A stretch of 64,000 nucleotides of DNA from Candidatus Bathyarchaeota archaeon (GTDB lineage Archaea > Thermoproteota > Bathyarchaeia > Bathyarchaeales > Bathycorpusculaceae). The position numbers were made by a program, and so were the translations under genes. The stretch is taken from NCBI GenBank assembly GCA_963767735.1, contig CAVYES010000007.1, forward strand, positions 160,001 through 224,000, read 5' to 3'. The notes beneath the pieces were generated by a model. That model was not told the origin of the DNA and did not search any database. It saw nothing but the letters and a program-made list of their open reading frames with translations. Shown one piece after another: positions 61,662 to 64,000 of the stretch; positions within the stretch are counted from its first letter, which is position 1, and each line of letters begins with the position of its first letter.

Positions 61662-63577
61662 TTATTTAAGGCGGTCTCTCAACAGCTTGGCAACCAATTC
61701 AGGATTAGCTTTTCCGCGGACTTCTTTCATTACAGCGCCCATAAGCATTCCGTAAGCGTTCTTACCCAACTTATCAACTGACTGCTTGTTAGCTGCAACC
61801 GCGCGGTCAATAATCGGTGCCAGCTCAGCTTCAGTTAACATTTTCAAACCCAATGCGGCTACTGCATCCTGCACTGATTTGCCCTCGTTCTTTGAAAGCC
61901 AACCGAAAACGTCTGCGACCGCTTCCTTTGCAAGCATTCCTGAACCGACAACGCTAAAGATGCTTTTGATTTGGTCATCTCCGACTGTTTCGACTTGCAA
62001 GCCTTCACGTTTTAGAGACTTTAAAGTCTCAGTCAAAAACGCTGCCACGGTTGAAGCTTGAACGCCAGTTTCTTTTACGATTTCGCCGAAGAGCAGATCG
62101 TATTCTGAGTCGGCAATTTGCTTGGCTAACTTCTCGTTCAAGCCGTACTGTTTTATCAAGCGTACGAGTTTTTTTTCGGCGGGTTCAGGCAGGTTTTTAC
62201 GTACTTTCTCAACTAATTCGTCGGTTATTAGTGTTGGCGGGATATCGGTTTCAGGGTACATTCTTGCGGCGCCCGGTCTTGGACGCATGTATCTTGTGGT
62301 TCCATCATCCTTTGCAGTTCGAGTTTCAGCTGGCACACCATTCACTGCTTCCTGTGCACGTTCAACAACGGCTTTCAGAGCATCTCTAACGTTCTCTTCC
62401 GTGTCAGCTACAAAAACTACGCGCATCCTGTTCGGCAGCTGTAACCGCTTTTCTTACGGCTTCCGTTTCCTGCTCGGTGATACCGTAATTTGGCATCTCA
62501 TCGGTATGGAATATTCCTCCAACTCTTCCCCAAAACTTTGCGTAGTCAGAAAGCTCCGTTCCAACACGAAAGTTAGGCATAAGTTCACGCTTTAGCAGTC
62601 CTGCGAAGCCTGGAAGTTTAACTGCCATAACTCTCTGGTTGCTATCGACGGCTTTGCGAATGACCTTGCATTTTGTCCCCATGAAAATGCTTCCAACTTC
62701 AGCAAAATTCTGCGTAAGGTCGGTTGTTTTAACGCCTCGTCTTTGCAAGTTCCTCTTTTACGTTGATTAAGCCAAGTTGGCGTTGAACCTCATACTCTAC
62801 CACTTTGGAGATTAACTCAAGCTCTTGAACGCCTTTTATCTCGATTAAGGCGCCGTTTGGCAAGGAAACGTTCAAGTCCTGACGTATAGTACCAAGCCCA
62901 CGCATAACTTTGCCAGTGTCACGCAGAATCCTCCCGATAGCGAACGCAACTTCCTGCGCTTCCATCGGCGAGTAGATTACCGGTGCTGTAGCAACTTCAA
63001 TAAGTGGTATTCCTAATCGGTCAATGCGGTAACGGATGGTTTTGCCCTCGTCCTCGGTTCCCGTTTTGCGTGCCGCATCCTCTTCCAGACTTGCCGCTTG
63101 CATCGGAATGATTTTTTCTCCGACTTTGATCCAGCCGTCTAACGCGATGATGCAGGTACGCTGAAAACCACTTGTGTTTGAGCCGTCGATAACGGTTTTG
63201 CGCATAACATGAACTTCGTCAACCGGCTCCATATTCATCATCAAAGATGCAGTCAAAACCACCTCTACGGCATCCAAGTTTATGGGGTGCGGCGGCTCCT
63301 CATCCATCTCGACGAGGCACGCGCTTGTCTTGTTGGCTTCGTAGAGGATTTTTACGCCTTTTTGGAATTCAAAATAGGCGGCGGGGTCAACTTGGCCTAG
63401 TTCACTCTGTGTTGGTCGCAGCCGACGAAGGAAAGTGATTTCTGGTGCTTCCTTGAAGAGTTCAGGTGGGCAACTGCAGAAAAGTTTTGAGCCCGTATTT
63501 AGTTGCTGGTGGATTTCTAAACCTACTTTTAACCCGACTTTAGCGTAGTCAATTGCCACTTTTTTCTCCTCCTTCAA
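61662..63577 (-). CDS. gatE: Glu-tRNA(Gln) amidotransferase subunit E, split into three ORFs by two apparent 1-nt insertions (~62745, ~62420)
   Basis: GLEIHQQL, RKTVIDGSNTSGFQRT, DRLGIPLIE, GTIRQDLN, GIFHTDE and RPGAARMYPETD across three frames. Confidence 0.93.
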
Positions 63578-64000
63578 CTATGCAGTCCTGCGGAAGCGTC
63601 CTTGGCAAGAATTCTCCTGCGACGTTAGTTTTCAAAAGTACTGCTGCTTCTTGGGGATTGTCTGTTTGTCCGAGAACCCACATGAGTTTGACAAGGGCTG
63701 TTTCAGGGAACATGTCGTCCGTTGGGATTACACCGAATGACAGCAAGTCTCTGCCCGTATCGTATACGTTCATGTTTACTCTGCCCCAAATACACTGGGA
63801 AGCCAAAGCAACCACCACACCTTGTGCCACAGCATTTTTTATGGCGTCAAAGCAGTATTTGCTCACATGACCCAACCCTGAGCCTTCCAGCAAAATGCCC
63901 CTGATGCCTCGGCTGACATACCAATCGATGACTGCTGGGTCAAACCCCGGATAAAACTTAATTAACGCAACTTTATCGCTGAAATTGGGTTTCAAAACCA
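63549..64000 (-). CDS. gatD: Glu-tRNA(Gln) amidotransferase subunit D, C-terminal part (partial)
   Basis: KFYPG, EGSGLGHV, SQC..GRVNMNVY.TGR and DM.PETA.VKLMW; upstream of gatE. Confidence 0.93.
   Translation of the reverse strand, partial: VLKPNFSDKVALIKFYPGFDPAVIDWYVSRGIRGILLEGSGLGHVSKYCFDAIKNAVAQGVVVALASQCIWGRVNMNVYDTGRDLLSFGVIPTDDMFPETALVKLMWVLGQTDNPQEAAVLLKTNVAGEFLPRTLPQDCIVEGGEKSGN

Overview
Archaeal genomic window, most likely Bathyarchaeia (inferred from gatD/gatE, a BHB-intron tRNA, Rio2, Sm, DUF5752 and the Zn-ribbon tyrosine integrase type). Left to right it holds: pdxS/pdxT; a pterin/methanopterin cluster (two RFAP synthases, MptE, DUF1464, MptA, QueD); tRNA-His and an intron-containing tRNA-Leu(CAG); a prenyltransferase/MFS/radical-SAM locus; a decayed integrated element (~15.1-27.5 kb) with integrase, primase-helicase and a ParB plus ABC-GNAT module, interrupted by a 1,739-bp T/A homopolymer that is probably an assembly artefact; a PAS histidine kinase/response regulator; tRNA-Pro with an IS1182 remnant; a kdpABC/APC/PiT uptake island with stand-alone Lrp RAM domains; and housekeeping genes up to gatE/gatD. 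Best novel candidate: an unannotated 16-aa ORF ending in Trp (MEKRRAIRKKPKVLAW, 12381-12431, own TATA box and SD). It sits tail-to-tail with a polyprenyl-synthase-fold enzyme that keeps its first Asp-rich motif but has lost the second, and divergent from an MFS protein and a SPASM radical SAM enzyme. This resembles Bacillus ComQ/ComX and suggests an archaeal Trp-prenylated peptide (RiPP or pheromone) system; the function is inferred, not shown. Other unannotated candidates: two paralogous membrane micropeptides bracketing kdpABC, a TTCATAA-N3-TTATGAA operator-like palindrome, and a structured ncRNA near 56.5 kb. The consensus contains indel errors (even gatE is split), so frameshifts need caution. 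All family calls come from motif recognition, not database searches.
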